Notes: a model not told the origin generated them from the sequence alone. Shown: positions 1 through 14,009, numbered from the stretch's first letter. The stretch is DNA of 64,000 nucleotides from Octopus vulgaris (GCA_951406725.2 OX597822.1:27404001-27468000), one strand, 5' to 3'. Translations and numbers: made by a program.

Positions 1-271
1 GCACAAGGTGGCAAAATAACTGAGTTGATTAGGTTTTACATAAGAAGCATTATGAGTTAGAAAGCTCTCGTGTACAGAGTAGTATTATTTCGTACAGGAG
101 ATGTAAGCCATCTGATTGTTCAGAATATTTACCAGAGAGTTACCCAGAACAATTCTACGATTCATCATTATCTGTAGAAGGAAATCATGAAACAACCTTC
201 ACGCTATGATATTAATCAAGCATATCAGATGTGTATGAAATATAATATAGCTGGTAATCTACTCTTAACAA

Positions 272-1664
272 ATGATTCATACTTTGCAATACAAATTGCA
301 CAAATCAGAGATCAACAGGAAAAAGCACAATAGATCAGCCAATCACCTCAAGCAGGTGACAAAAAAAGCAGTGCTTGAATTCGAACAACGCATAGCAACC
401 AGCCCTGGCAGCAAAGTGTTCTGGAAGTATGTACACGCAAAGCAGAAACCTCACTCTCCAGTCAATCCCCTTCGCAATCACCACACAGGGCAGGTTACAT
501 GCAATCCCAAAGAATGTGCAGAAATCATTGCTGGATGCTATGCAGGCATCTTTACTGTCGAAGATCAAAATGTTCCATCTCCATCACCTTTGACACCGGA
601 CTCTATATCTTCTATGAAATTTACACCAGCAATGCTACAACGCCACCTTAAGAATAAACGCAACTATGCCTCTCCTGGTCTTGATGGTGTTACATACCTA
701 CTTCTCAATAGCGAGGGGTACTTTCTTCTAAACCAACTTTCACTATTCTTCCAATTCTGTCTTGACAATGGTGTTACTCCACAGCAGTTAAAAACTGCCA
801 GTAATATCCCTCTGTTCAAAAAAGGTGACCGCATCTCGCCTTTCAACTATCGCCCCGTTAGTCTTCCTAGCTGCATCGCCAAACTGATGGAATCCTGTGT
901 CAGGGAAACCCTCTGGAACTTCTGGAAGTCTCACAGCCTCATCCAGCCGTCACAATTTGGTTTTATTCCTAACTCCAGCTGCTGTAATCAACTCATTGAG
1001 TTTCTTGAGGACATTACCCAAATCACTGATCGCGGATCCTGGGTGGATGTTGTTTACCTGGACTTTGCTAAGGCTTTTAACACTGTGCCACATAAAAGAC
1101 TTCTGGTGAAACTCTCTGCGTTGGGCGTAAAAGACGAACTCCATAACTGGTTGAAGTCCTTTATTTTCGGCCGAAAAGAGGTTGTCACAGTTTTAGGACA
1201 GCACTCTGCACCCTATGAGATGACATCTGGTGTACCACAGGGATCTGTTCTTGGCCCCCTTTTATTTTTTGCATATGTTAATGACATAGATGCCAACTTA
1301 AAGAATGTCACAGTGCTGAAATATGCAGATGTCATCAAGCTGCACCTCGAAATAAAAAGGTCAGATCCTGTACACTATAGATCTCTATTGCAATCAGACA
1401 TGGACACAATGCAGCAGTGGATCATGGACTGGCAACTCAAGCTGGCTGTGGACAAATGTACCACCATGCATTTTGGGAGGAAAAACCCTCCACAACACTA
1501 ATCTCAAAAAGTCTTCGTGTGAACGTGACCTAGGCGTTATTGTCGACAGCAATTTGAGTTGGACAAAACACATCGCTAAAATAATCTCAAAAAGTCTTCG
1601 TGTGAACGTGACCTAGGCGTTATTGTCGACAGCAATTTGAGTTGGACAAAACACATCGCTAAAA
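272..1664 (+). mobile_element. Non-LTR retrotransposon (CR1/L2-type LINE) reverse transcriptase fragment, probably inactive
   Basis: ORF 272-1501 has the RT motifs SPGLDG, PLFKKGDR..NYRPVSL, QFGF, YLDFAKAF, GVPQGSVLGPLLF, and YADV where the catalytic YADD is expected. After the stop it continues as CERDLGVIVDSNLSW. Confidence 0.93.
1499..1664 (+). repeat. 83-bp exact tandem duplication at the truncated end of the LINE
   Basis: taatctcaaaaagtcttcg...catcgctaaaa occurs at 1499-1581 and again at 1582-1664. Confidence 0.95.
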
Positions 1665-1878
1665 TTGCCAAGAAGACTTTCCACAACGAAACCGGAAGCA
1701 TATATATATATACACCCATCTGTTTATCATTCTATTTATGTATCTATCTATCTTTGTAGCTATATATATATGTGTGTGTATGTATATATATATATATATA
1801 TATATACCTATCTATTTATCTGTCTCTTTATCTATATATCTATACATCTAGCTTTCTATCTATCTATATAGATGTGTG

Positions 1879-1917
<39 letters not shown>

Positions 1918-2044
1918 TTATTCACATATACATATGCCTATATATATACACATATATATGCATATATATGTACATATATATGTGCGTGCATGATTTAAAT
2001 AATATCTTGGGCGTTTGTTTCCGTTTTTTTATTATTCTATATGC

Positions 2045-2098
<54 letters not shown>

Positions 2099-2239
2099 AA
2101 ACACATGCATACATATGTATATACGCATTAATATATAACCATAAATCCGTCAAGCCATCCAAGAACTTTCAAGCATATCTGACGTGATTTAGTTCTGGAT
2201 TCACGAGCGGGTAATGTTGGAAATGTCTCGGACCATGAG

Positions 2240-2760
2240 ATGTCCCATCCAGTGTGAGGAGAATAATTGGAACCACTCAATGAGCAGCTTGAGAAAAGAA
2301 TTCGTGGTGATCCGTGCTAGGAAGGTGCTGCAATGCCTAGAGTTTTGCGGCCCAATTGTCTCTCAGGCTGGTGCTGCGCTCAGGGCATGCAGGGATGAAG
2401 AGGAGTGGATACTGTTAAGGCTGCAGAGTCTCAGTTAAGACTTAGATACCTTACTGGTGTTGTAGCTCATGGAAGAGCTGACTGGAATAACAGCACAACA
2501 TTTCGTTGTCACAATGTGCCAGGAAGGGAAGAGGAAGACGGTATTGGTTTTGAATAAGATGCGAGCATCAACTGAAAAAGTATGGTTGATCAAATTATTG
2601 TGATGCAGCACTAGTGATTGAAGTTAAGATACAAACATACGGTGGCACACAAAGTCTCATGGCCTGAGCTTTTGATAGAAGAGTCTCACCAGATAAAACT
2701 CCTGATCCAGCCGTATTAAGACGTCCAAGATAATATATCCAACTTGGACAGCTGGGAAAA
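2240..2760 (+). mobile_element. Degenerate HERO-like (R2-superfamily) non-LTR retrotransposon fragment, post-RT region
   Basis: SSLRKEFVVIRARKVLQ..VSQAG, then in other frames AAESQLRL..LTGVVAHGRA and KVSWPEL..HQIKLLIQ. These resemble the HERO region that follows the RT domain (recognised from memory). Confidence 0.6.
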
Positions 2761-3391
2761 TTTGAAGTCACAAGTTAAAATATTCTGCCTTACGAGCGGG
2801 ACATTGGAGGGCCACAAAACGTATAAAAGGTCCACCAGGCTTCATCTCCCTTTTCCATATAATAAAAGCATTGTAGAAATGTGCTTATATTCTAATAACT
2901 CTCTCACAGCAAAACGTTCTGATATTCCAATCTCTTCAGTCTGGTTTCACGTTGTTTTTGCATAATACATACATATATGCATGCATGCATACATACATAC
3001 ATATATATGCATGCATACATACATATCTATAACTATATATATATATATATATATATACACCGATATATACATGTATGTATGCATATATGTATGTGTCTGT
3101 GCGTGTATGTTTTTACGTGTGTGTGTAATAATAATATAAGAAAATCGAAACAACGTTGATTTATTTAATAATTCATAGATTTACGAAAGTTGTAGAAGTA
3201 CGAGAGTTTTATTAAAATTTCTCTTCCGTGATATGATTATGCTATTCTGATATCACTGAAAAGTTCGTAAAGATATGGATAAATAAATGAAACAACAATG
3301 TTTTCCTATTGTTATATAACCATTATATATATTTCATGGATATTGCAGTTTGTGCACAAATATCATAGGATTACAAGCATATTAATTCAAA

Positions 3392-3394
<3 letters not shown>

Positions 3395-3453
<59 letters not shown>

Positions 3454-3465
3454 GCCATGGCTGAG

Positions 3466-3522
<57 letters not shown>

Positions 3523-3528
3523 ACACAC

Positions 3529-3616
<88 letters not shown>
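3395..3616. repeat. (TA)n microsatellite
   Basis: Direct reading. Confidence 0.95.
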
Positions 3617-3618
<2 letters not shown>

Positions 3619-3890
3619 TTATCCAGTCGCGCTGCATGCGCAGGTTACCATGACTGTAGCCATGCAATTTTAATTTGAATTGGGAGCTTGTGTTATAATG
3701 TATCTTTCATTAACTGATTTGAAAACCACGGATGCCGTCCCCATGGATGCGTTGCAGTTACTCTCTCGATAGAATTTGTTGATCCTGGCCGTTGATCTTC
3801 TAGGAGTCCTCAACGGAGCATCAATGTAAGAAGTACCGTTGGCTCGGTTGAGCCCTTCCGCTGCCTCTTCTCAATCCGACATGCTGCTAG

Positions 3891-3896
3891 CACACA

Positions 3897-3965
<69 letters not shown>

Positions 3966-4132
3966 ACACACACACGTATACATACAAAGAGAGAGTGCGG
4001 GTGTGTGAGTGTGAGGGAGAGAGAGACGGGAAGACAGAGAGACAGAGGAGAAGAGAGAGAGAGCGAGGGAGAGAGACAGTGACAGAGGGCAAGAGAGAAA
4101 AAAACAGACAGACAGAGACAGAGGCCAAGAGG

Positions 4133-4189
<57 letters not shown>
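3891..4189. repeat. (CA)n followed by (GA)n microsatellites
   Basis: Direct reading. Confidence 0.95.
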
Positions 4190-4193
<4 letters not shown>

Positions 4194-4529
4194 GTGTAGG
4201 TACGGTGTCTTTGCTGTTAAATGTTGGTTATAGCAGAGTGAGAAATTGATATTGAATGAATGACAAGATATCAGAAAAAAAAAATGAAAAGATTACAACA
4301 GACAACGTGAGTATTGCTGCTAATGTTTATGTTTAAGATGCATTGACAGATGATATTGCAGAGATAGGCATTTAGACACCTCGAGAACCAAACAGATAAA
4401 AAGACACAGAGATAGATACGGAGATAAATGAATACTCGCAAGATATGTCGTTAGGTAAGTAGAAAGATAAATAGATAGAGAATAAGAGTTATTATTTCGT
4501 TCTGAGATAAAATCTGATCGAAATTAATA

Positions 4530-4935
<406 letters not shown>

Positions 4936-5340
4936 ATTGGCAGACATATTGATAGATAAACAGATCTATAAATGGGTAGAGAAACACGGAGATCGATAGA
5001 TAAATAGATGGCTACATAAACCGACAAACAGGGAAGCTGTGACACAAGTAAATACATAGACACACAGACAGATAAGTACATAGACAAAGAGCTAGATCGA
5101 CTGATAGATAGATGCACAAGATATATAGAAAACAGGAGAGGTAAATACACTGAAAGACAGCAAGGTAGTTAGATAGAGGAAGAGAGAGAGAGAGAGAAAG
5201 CGAGAGAGAGAAGCATAAAGACAGCTAGTTTGATGAATAAATAGGCTGGCAGACAAACAGTGCAACGGACAGACAGGCATATATGCAGAAAGACAGATAA
5301 TTAGATGAATAGATAGTTTGACAAATAATTTGAAAGGTAG

Positions 5341-5387
<47 letters not shown>

Positions 5388-5439
5388 AACAGACAGAAGA
5401 CAGGTAGACAGATAGATGCATGTATTACGAAGCAATAAT

Positions 5440-5677
5440 ACATAGAAGCCCATTCAGTGAAATCAATACAAATTGGGAAATTTGATGTTTCTACCTGATT
5501 TCCTCTTTCCAAACAAATCTTTTTCACTTCATCTATTGCAATAACAGGCATGGACATTAAATGGTAGGACATCGATTTATGCCCCACCCTCCTTTCAATA
5601 AACGTTAGTGGAAGCCTATGAACTACAACGAAAATATGTGAAACGAAACAGGTGACGATTTTTTGAACTAAGGCGTG
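5440..5677 (+). mobile_element. Possible mariner 3' fragment with right terminal inverted repeat (TIR)
   Basis: Degenerate transposase C-terminus-like sequence ending near IKW, followed by a TIR-like end (ttttttgaactaaggcgtg). Confidence 0.3.
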
Positions 5678-6099
5678 ATACATACATATATGTGTGTGCG
5701 TGTTTGTATGTGTCCATATGTATGTACACACACATACACACACATATACATAAACACGTACACGTACATGTATATATAAACCCGTACATGTATATATATG
5801 TACACACACTCATTTACATAAACACGTATACACACATTTTCATAAACACGTAGATGTATATATATATATGTACACACACACATATATATGTGTATGTATC
5901 TATGTATGTGAATGTGTGCAATACATACCCACACACTAGTACCTTGATAAATATACACATTCATTTTTCTATATAAATACACAAATTGCAATATATATAT
6001 ATATAGAGAGAGAGATGGAGAGAGAAAGAGATAGATAGAGAGATAAATAGATAGATAAATAGATAGATAGATAGATGGATATATATATATATATATCAT

Positions 6100-6430
6100 T
6101 AATTAATAAGGGTGAGAGAATTAGATACTAATTTAATAGTATATCTATTCAACACCAAGTGGCCTAGTGCTCCGAGAAACCTGGATTATTATAATATTTT
6201 ATAACATATTATAATATTTTTACAAAATAAATATAAGAGAGTGGTCACTATGTGGCTCACTCTAGCACCAATTAATCAAAAGGTTTCAACCACGAAAATG
6301 CATGTTTCCCATGAAAGTCAGTACGATTGTTAGCTTGTGAGCTATGACTTTCATGGGAAACATGCATTTTCGTGGTTGAAACCTTTTTGGATTAACTGGT
6401 GCTTATATTATCTCTTATATTTATTTTATT
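6100..6430. mobile_element. Short element flanked by (TA)n with a long inverted repeat (Penelope-like terminus)
   Basis: Arms at about 6265-6320 and 6345-6401 are near-perfect reverse complements. Outer arms at 6224-6240 and 6410-6426 also pair. Confidence 0.6.
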
Positions 6431-6599
6431 ATATATATATATCTATATATATATATATGTATATATATGTATGTGTATATATATGAATATATATGTGTGT
6501 GTGTGTGGAGGGGGGTCTGCATTCATTCATATATGCATGCATATATACTCAAATATATAATTAAACTTCCATCACTTCCATAAACTTATATACTATTTC

Positions 6600-6780
6600 A
6601 TTTGTATCTTTTTTACTAATATTTCGATTATTAGAAATCGGTAGTAATATTTTTTTGCTAATTTGTTCACCAATTTATAGACGCCGAGTTATTTTCAACG
6701 CATGTGTAAAAGTACAGAGAAATCTCTATCGGGAAACTTACCGTGAAATCACTTTATCCACCAGAAAAGTATAGAATTTC
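6600..6780 (+). repeat. Old dispersed repeat, second copy at about 9370-9550
   Basis: Both copies share aatatttcgattattagaaatcggta and aaaagtaca.agaaat. Confidence 0.7.
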
Positions 6781-7227
6781 CCAATAATGTAACAGATGAG
6801 TGTACGAGGAAGAAAGTATATGGGACAAATTCGTTATTCTTTTAAGCAGAAAAAATCTATTACTTTATTTCCTGTCTTTAAATAAAATAGTATATTGAAA
6901 AATATAAATTTTAAAAAATGAAGACATTTGTCATGTGAATAATGACGGGAAATCTTAAACAGTTTACCATTTGCATGTGAAGACATATGGGCGACGGACC
7001 TTAAACGCCGCCCTGTTGAAAACACTGCATGGTTCTTGCGTGACACTAATTAGCATAGTTCATTATATTGCAATCATTTGGATAGGATCTGTTGACTCCA
7101 TTTAAGTACAAATTCCTCCTTTGCAGACATTTTTTTAATCAATAATCTTATTAATCATCAGTCGCAAAAATTCTCAGCTATATGCCACACAATTCTTATC
7201 CGTTGATTAACCTATACTAAAGATAAA

Positions 7228-7457
7228 GGCGGCGAGCTGGCAGAAACGTTAGCGCACCGGACGAAATGCTTAGCGGTATTTCGTCTGTCGTTACGTTCTG
7301 AGTTCAAATTCCGCCGGGGTCGACTTTACCTGTCATCCTCTCGGGGTCGATAAATAAAGTACCAGTTTCGCACTGGGTCGATATAATCGACTTAATCCCT
7401 TTGTCTGTCCTTGTTTGTCCCCTCTATGTTTAGCCCCTTGTGGGCAATAAAGAAATA
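7228..7457 (+). mobile_element. tRNA-derived SINE, family A, with 14-bp target-site duplication (TSD)
   Basis: Head ggcggcgagctggcagaa with a B-box-like gagttcaaattcc. TSD tatactaaagataa at 7213-7226 and 7458-7471. Confidence 0.92.
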
Positions 7458-7878
7458 TATACTAAAGATAATGAACTCTAGTTTCCTCACTAAACAAATG
7501 TAAACACAAATGCAGTGTGCATATTTATTTCATTTGATTAAATACAATGCATGATGTTCCTTAAGAGAGGAAATGTGATGTTTTCCAGAAAAGTATTTGA
7601 TATGAAACGGCTTCAGTTTTTATCAACCGAAACACGTTACATTCTTGGCTTTTGAGTCATATATCTATCGATCAACAGAAAAGCAAAAGATTTCAGAAAA
7701 TATACTTCCATTTCGTGTTTGGTTTAAGTTTGTTTTATTTTATTTTTGTTTTATGATTTGGTCAAGGTTTGACCGTTTCTCGATTTGCACACATGCGCAC
7801 ATACTGACACAAGATTTGTAGTATTATTACACATCCCTGTCAATAAAGCTGCATAACAAAATTTTAATTTTGTTTTAG

Positions 7879-7913
<35 letters not shown>

Positions 7914-8084
7914 TGCCTTTGGTCAGTGTTATTTCCTATTTGCTTCTATCTAGAAATCAAAGGAAATGACTACTGTTACCTTCAAACATTGCTTTTATGA
8001 CCTGGACATCAATGTTTTGAAACTGACCGATTTTACATTACATTTCAGAAAGATTCACCGCTGAGTTGCTGAAGCAGAGACATC

Positions 8085-8212
8085 GCTATAGCAAATATAA
8101 TACCATAGCTTTGCTTGACAGTTGCTTCACCTTAACCACTCCAGCATGTCCCTTTGTGATTGACAATACGTGCATCTCTGATCATGAGTAGGAATAGTTT
8201 CGGGTTTGAATA
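8085..8212 (+). mobile_element. Degenerate fragment of the (TAA)n-associated element at 26475
   Basis: Shares gcttg.cagttg..ccttaacca..agcatgtccctt..gtgcatctctgatca with 26575-26690. Confidence 0.7.
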
Positions 8213-9044
8213 AATGTAACAAAACCAAAGCTAGAAGGAAATATTAGCCATTCTTCATACTTTCTAGGTTTAAGCAAATAGGGAGTAACATTTGCTACCC
8301 AACGACAAAAATCGTGTCACACAGTGTAATTAGAAGATAAGTATTTCCTTTTCCATTACTTCCCATAAATTTATTTGAATGTGTAAGAAATATAACCCGA
8401 ACATTGCGTCCAGTACTTACTATAATTTATTTCTAAACATCTGTTCGTGCTATGACAGTCACAATAACATCGTTTACTATCGTCTGTGTCCACGAGGTAT
8501 GTAGTCTGCTTTGTCGTTTAACTATGTTGTAGCATCTTTCTCTAATATGTCTATTTCTTCATTTCATTTTTGTCACTCTTGGTAGCAAGCAATGTCTCAC
8601 TTTTATATCTCTGTCCCTTCTGTAATGTCTCTCTATTTCTTCTTTTATTAACCTTTTTCTATCAGTACCTTTCTTTCTCTTTAATTTGAATATCACTCTG
8701 TAAGCAGCATTCAATATATTTCACCTCTCCCTCGCGCGTGTCGTTATATATCTGTGCGTGTGTGTGTGTTTATGTATGCACACCTACACATATATGACTG
8801 CATATGATAGGTTTCCATCAACATAATTCTTTTTCTTATTATCCTCACCCTATCACTTTTTCTCTGTTGGTTTCTTTGTATAGTGCCAGTATCTTAGCAT
8901 ATTTTTATCCTATATGTACACATCCGATTTTGTGATATGCAGCAAGTCCTATTCTCGCGTGTCAAAGGTATGCGTTGTGTAAAGTCTATAAGGCATTGTC
9001 TAGCAAAAATATTGATATGAAAGTGTGTTTTCATTGTAGGCTAT

Positions 9045-9107
<63 letters not shown>

Positions 9108-9759
9108 ACCTGACGTTCATACATGTGTACAAACAAGCACATATGAAAAATATTAAATACCCATACACACAGTATATAAGGTTTTTGTATATATGAATAT
9201 ATGTGCTTACAGATGTGTGTACATATATTTTACGCAGAGCGCAGACACATCTATATGCATAGGTATATTTACTCACACACACACACACATGCACATGTAT
9301 GTAGACGTATTATGGCTTTACACCAAGATCGCTTCCATAACTTATTTACCTACTTAGTACTTTTATATATTTTCATGAATATTTCGATTATTAGAAATCG
9401 GTAAGTATATTTCTTTTTTTCTTTTTTTTGCTATTTTTGAATTTGTTTACCAGCTTATAGGACGTCGTGTTGTATTCAATGCATGACTAAAAGTACATAG
9501 AAATTCTATCAGAAAACCTATCAGAAAACCATTTTCCCACGGGAAAACATCTCCCTCCTCCTCTCAAAACAACGCGGATAATTTTTACATGAAAATCTAA
9601 GAATTGATGTGGCGATAAAGAGGAGTCATTTATCGATTTCCATAAAGCAATATTCTCTTCACAGGACATTCTATTGTTTGCTTCATATTTGTAAATACAC
9701 TAAAATATCAAATATCAAAAATAAAGAAACCACTATTATATAATGTGATGTGATATTGA

Positions 9760-10004
9760 CATGCTCCAAATTGCTCGGATGTGATTAGAATGTCAACGGG
9801 AAAGAATCGCAAAACGGATTCTTCAAGTCGAATCAGGTGACATGAGACGCCGAGACAGACCAAGAATGAGATGGGTGAATCACAGTTGATTATTAGGATG
9901 CCAGCCGGAATTTCTAACAGTTGCTTCTGATAGCAGCCTATGGAGGAGGTGCCTAAAGACTCTACTCGCCCATGACCCTCTCAGATGATGAAGATACATG
10001 GTAG
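9760..10004 (+). mobile_element. RTE-clade LINE 3' fragment
   Basis: Broken translation LG.VIRMS..RIAKRILQ..RRRDRPRMRW...ASDSSLWRR matches the RTE C-terminus. Confidence 0.65.
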
Positions 10005-10015
10005 TGAAACCTAAA

Positions 10016-10249
10016 GGCGGCGAACTAGCAGAAACTTTAGCACGCCGGGGGAAATGCTTAGCGGTATTTCGTCTGCGTTACGTTGTGAGTTCAAATTCCG
10101 CCGAGGTCGACTTTGCCTTTCATCCTTTCGGGGTCGATCAATTAAGTACCAGTTACGCACTGGGGTCGATGTAATCGACTTAATACCTATGTCTGTCCTT
10201 GTTTGTCCGCTCTGTGTTTAGCCCCTTGTGGGTAATAAAGAATAGGTAT
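10016..10249 (+). mobile_element. SINE family A with 11-bp TSD
   Basis: Homologous to the copy at 7228. TSD tgaaacctaaa at 10005-10015 and 10250-10260. Confidence 0.92.
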
Positions 10250-11755
10250 TGAAACCTAAATCGGTTGGCTGTGACCAAATGTCAGCTTTGATTTACAGTT
10301 GAATGCAATTCATCTCTTAAGAGCAGTAGTGCCAATCCGTCACCCTGTTCAAAACCACTGTCGTATCATTGCGTGGCTTTACTTTTCAGTAACATCATTA
10401 ATTTTCTCTACTATTTAATTTTTTTTTAAAAACCCACTCGTCCATTTCTTCGTCTTTCCCACAGCTTGTCCAAAATTTTCTTTTGATTTTTAAGCAGAAT
10501 AAACAACAAATTGCAATTTAGCACTTACGATAAATGATTTCTAAATATAAGTAACAGACAGGCAGATTAACATTATTTTCATATTGTCTGTGTTAACGAA
10601 GTATGACGTCTGTTTTTTCTATTAGGTCAGGTGGCAGTTTGTCGTCTGAAAAATTATATATTTCTCTATATCTGTCTCATTCATTCCTGTTCCTCTCAGT
10701 AGTAGCTTTTTTCTTTTTCTCCTCCTACCCTCAGCATTTCTAGTGTCTGTCTTCTTCTACTACCCTTTCGTTTTCTAGTATATGTCTTTTACATCTTCTC
10801 CCACCTCACCATTTTAATAATCTGTCTTTATCTTTCTCTCTTCTCCCCCACTGCGTTTGTTAATGTCCATTTTCGTCTTTGTTATATATCTCTTTCAGTA
10901 ACAGCTTGTCTGTCTCCCTGTCTCATCTCTCTGTCTCGCTCGCTCTTTCGCCTTCTACTTCTCTCTTGCGTGATGTTACTTACCTGTACGTAACATTGCA
11001 TATAATTTATCTTTCTTCAGCACTGCAGATTTTGCATTTTCATCATAAAACCTCTTTCACTTTGTTATATCTATTTTCAATCAGCTTTTCCTCTATCCTT
11101 CTTTATTTATTTCCTCATGCACTTTTTCTTCTCGACTCAGAACATTAACAAGTTATATATACAACACATATGACTTGCAATGATTCTATTACAATATAAT
11201 ATAGTGTATCATAACTCAATGTGTGTTTTGTAATAGGGAAAAACATTCATGTATGTATATTCGCGTATGTGTTATCAGAGTATGTCTTATACATACACAG
11301 ACACGCAATACAAATGCGCAACTCGTACACATATATCTATATACATGCATGTGTATAAACAGCAAATAAATTGATAAAATTGTAATATATCTTGAATTAT
11401 TAAAATAGTAAGTAAGATGGTTTTTACTTTCCTAGATATATTTTTGTTCAGGTAGATGTCTGAAGAATGATCTAACAATATGGTAATATATTCAATATCA
11501 AACGATTTCATTTCTTTATAAAGTATGCTTAAAAAGGTAATCCGTTCCCCCACCCAAAAGAAAAATCGTTAAATAACGTTGCTCGTTAATATTGAGTAAA
11601 AGGTAGCCGTCGTAATTTTCTGATGTAACAAAACTTAACTAGCAACAAAGAACACCTGCCGTCTCTTCGTAACCATACGCCTAACTTCGTGGCTACGCCG
11701 TTGAAATTTCAAGAGAAATTCCTACTTCGGCCGTCGCTCTATTTTTCATAATATA

Positions 11756-12149
11756 CTAGCAGTATCGCCCGGCGTTGCTCGGGTTTGTAAGGGAAATAAC
11801 TATATAAGCATTTTTAGAGATGTAAAGTATAATAGCCATCTCAATATGGCTAACCACAAAGGAGGGGGGTGTTACTGTAGCTTTTTACGTTCTGAGATTT
11901 AATAATAAATTTTTAGAGAGTTACTTCCCATATATATGCCAAAAATGCATTAAAAATGGGAAAAATTGATGTTTTTTTTTAAAATCGTAGACTCATCGTA
12001 GACGCGCGCTAATACCCAGAAGGGCTCGATATGAATCACGACTATAAGATACCCGGTTTTGGTTAAACTGCACCGCAAAATGTGGGAGTAGTTAGGAATC
12101 TAAATCGTAGGAGACAGACAGCACACAACCTCTCTTTTATATATAAAGA
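11756..12149 (-). mobile_element. Non-autonomous Helitron
   Basis: On the minus strand: 5'-TC start, subterminal hairpin cccgagcaacgccggg, 3'-CTAG end, inserted between A and T. A second copy lies at 57276. Confidence 0.85.
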
Positions 12150-12683
12150 TTTTGTATCTACATGAGGTGGGTATTCTTCATATACAGTCTCAATAATAAC
12201 TTACTCCTTAACACAGGTCTCGCATATTTACAACTTCAGGCCTACTAGACTTCATAGACAGAAGTCGATGGGCCAAGTTTAAACTGCAAGCAAGCGGAAA
12301 CTGACATGGCTATTCAAATTCAATACATTACGAGATAACAAGACACCATCTACATAGTCGCTTGATCTGTAACCAGAAGTGCGAAAACTTTTCCCAAATG
12401 AAACACAAAATTCTTATAAACAGAATAAAGCATTCAATACTCTAATACTAGATGTCCCTCACTATAACCGGTTTGGTTATAATAGAAATGCTGTTGATGG
12501 TAGGCTTATTCAATGAAGTTTGAAGTAGCGTTCATGATGTTTTGGCTAATTTTGGAAGAAAATCGGCATCTTTTCTATTTGCTGCCGATAAAAAACTGCG
12601 CTTGCGCGGTGGATTTGAAATATTATAAAATGTAAGCACAAGGCATGTTCTGTATTGCCTAGTATTTATATGTTAATCTAGGC

Positions 12684-12758
12684 TTTCCTGCTGATGATAG
12701 CTGCGCCTAGCAAATTATTGTATTTGCTGAAGATAGCTTGAAACCATGGTACAGGAAA
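12684..12758 (+). ncRNA. Type I hammerhead ribozyme with canonical core
   Basis: Stem I UUUCCUG/CAGGAAA, core CUGAUGA at 12691-12697, stem II AGCU..AGCU enclosing the hairpin UAGCAAAU/AUUUGCUG, GAAA at 12740-12743, palindromic stem III ACCAUGGU, cleavage triplet GUA. Confidence 0.85.
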
Positions 12759-13688
12759 TAGATGGTAAATGTCTTTATTTTTCATTCCATTTCGAAATTA
12801 CCCCTAATGGTGGTTTGAATTTTAACTACTCCTTCTAGCGGGTTAGATACCCTATTATGGCCATCTCTTATGTTTTTAAATGTACACTGTATTTACATTT
12901 ATACATAGGTATATATGTGTATGTGTGTAGACGGATCGATCGATAGATAGATAGTTAGATAGATAAAGGTTACCTCGCATAGAACAATAGTATCTCAGCG
13001 CCCTAAAAGCAGCGTGTTTAAGAAATATAAATTTGAAGGAGATTTCTATTCTTTCGTTAGTTCCCACCAGTTCATCGCAACAATATATATGTGCATGCAT
13101 ATATGTGCAGGTGCATGTGTGTGTGTGCGTCTGTGTGTGTATCTCCACGCTTGCCAGAGTGTGTTCGGTGTGCGTGTGTGTGTGTGTCTGTGTGTGTGTG
13201 GACTTGAATGTCTATTGAACAATATCTCTCAGCAACACATGTTCTCATGTCAAACGTATTTCTCAGTTCCTTTTCAATTCTTGGTAACCATTGAGATGCT
13301 AACGTAAGCAATACGACATTCTTTCGTACTGTTCCAGTTAAATTACCTTTACGCCTTTTATAAGAACGATAACAATATTGATTGTCACAAAACATTCTCT
13401 CTTGTGTTGTATACTTTCAATAATTATACAGTCATCTGGAGTGAAAATTCGGGCATTCAACTGCGTGTATAGGTTTATCATATGATTAGAGTACGATTTA
13501 AATGATTGGTGTCATTTTAAAGTGGCAATAACTATGGAAACCATGTAAGCCTATGACTTGTCCTCCATATTTTAGGAATATAATACTCAACATATGAAGA
13601 TGATTTAGAAATATCTATTATCTTTCTGCTGCAGCTGTTGTTGTTGTTATGCAATATTTTCATCATATATATTACAGCAGCGATCTCC

Positions 13689-13736
13689 TGTATATATATA
13701 TATATAAGTATATATATATATATATAAATATGTGTG

Positions 13737-13793
<57 letters not shown>

Positions 13794-13834
13794 GTATATA
13801 TATGTGTATATATATATATATATACATACACACA

Positions 13835-13928
<94 letters not shown>

Positions 13929-13952
13929 CACACATATTTATATATATATATA
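13689..13952. repeat. (TA)n array with an internally duplicated unit
   Basis: tacatacacacatatttata occurs twice. Confidence 0.9.
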
Positions 13953-14009
13953 ATGTTTTCAGAATGAGATAAAAAACCAAGGGTGTGAAGATTTTACATT
14001 TATAAATAG

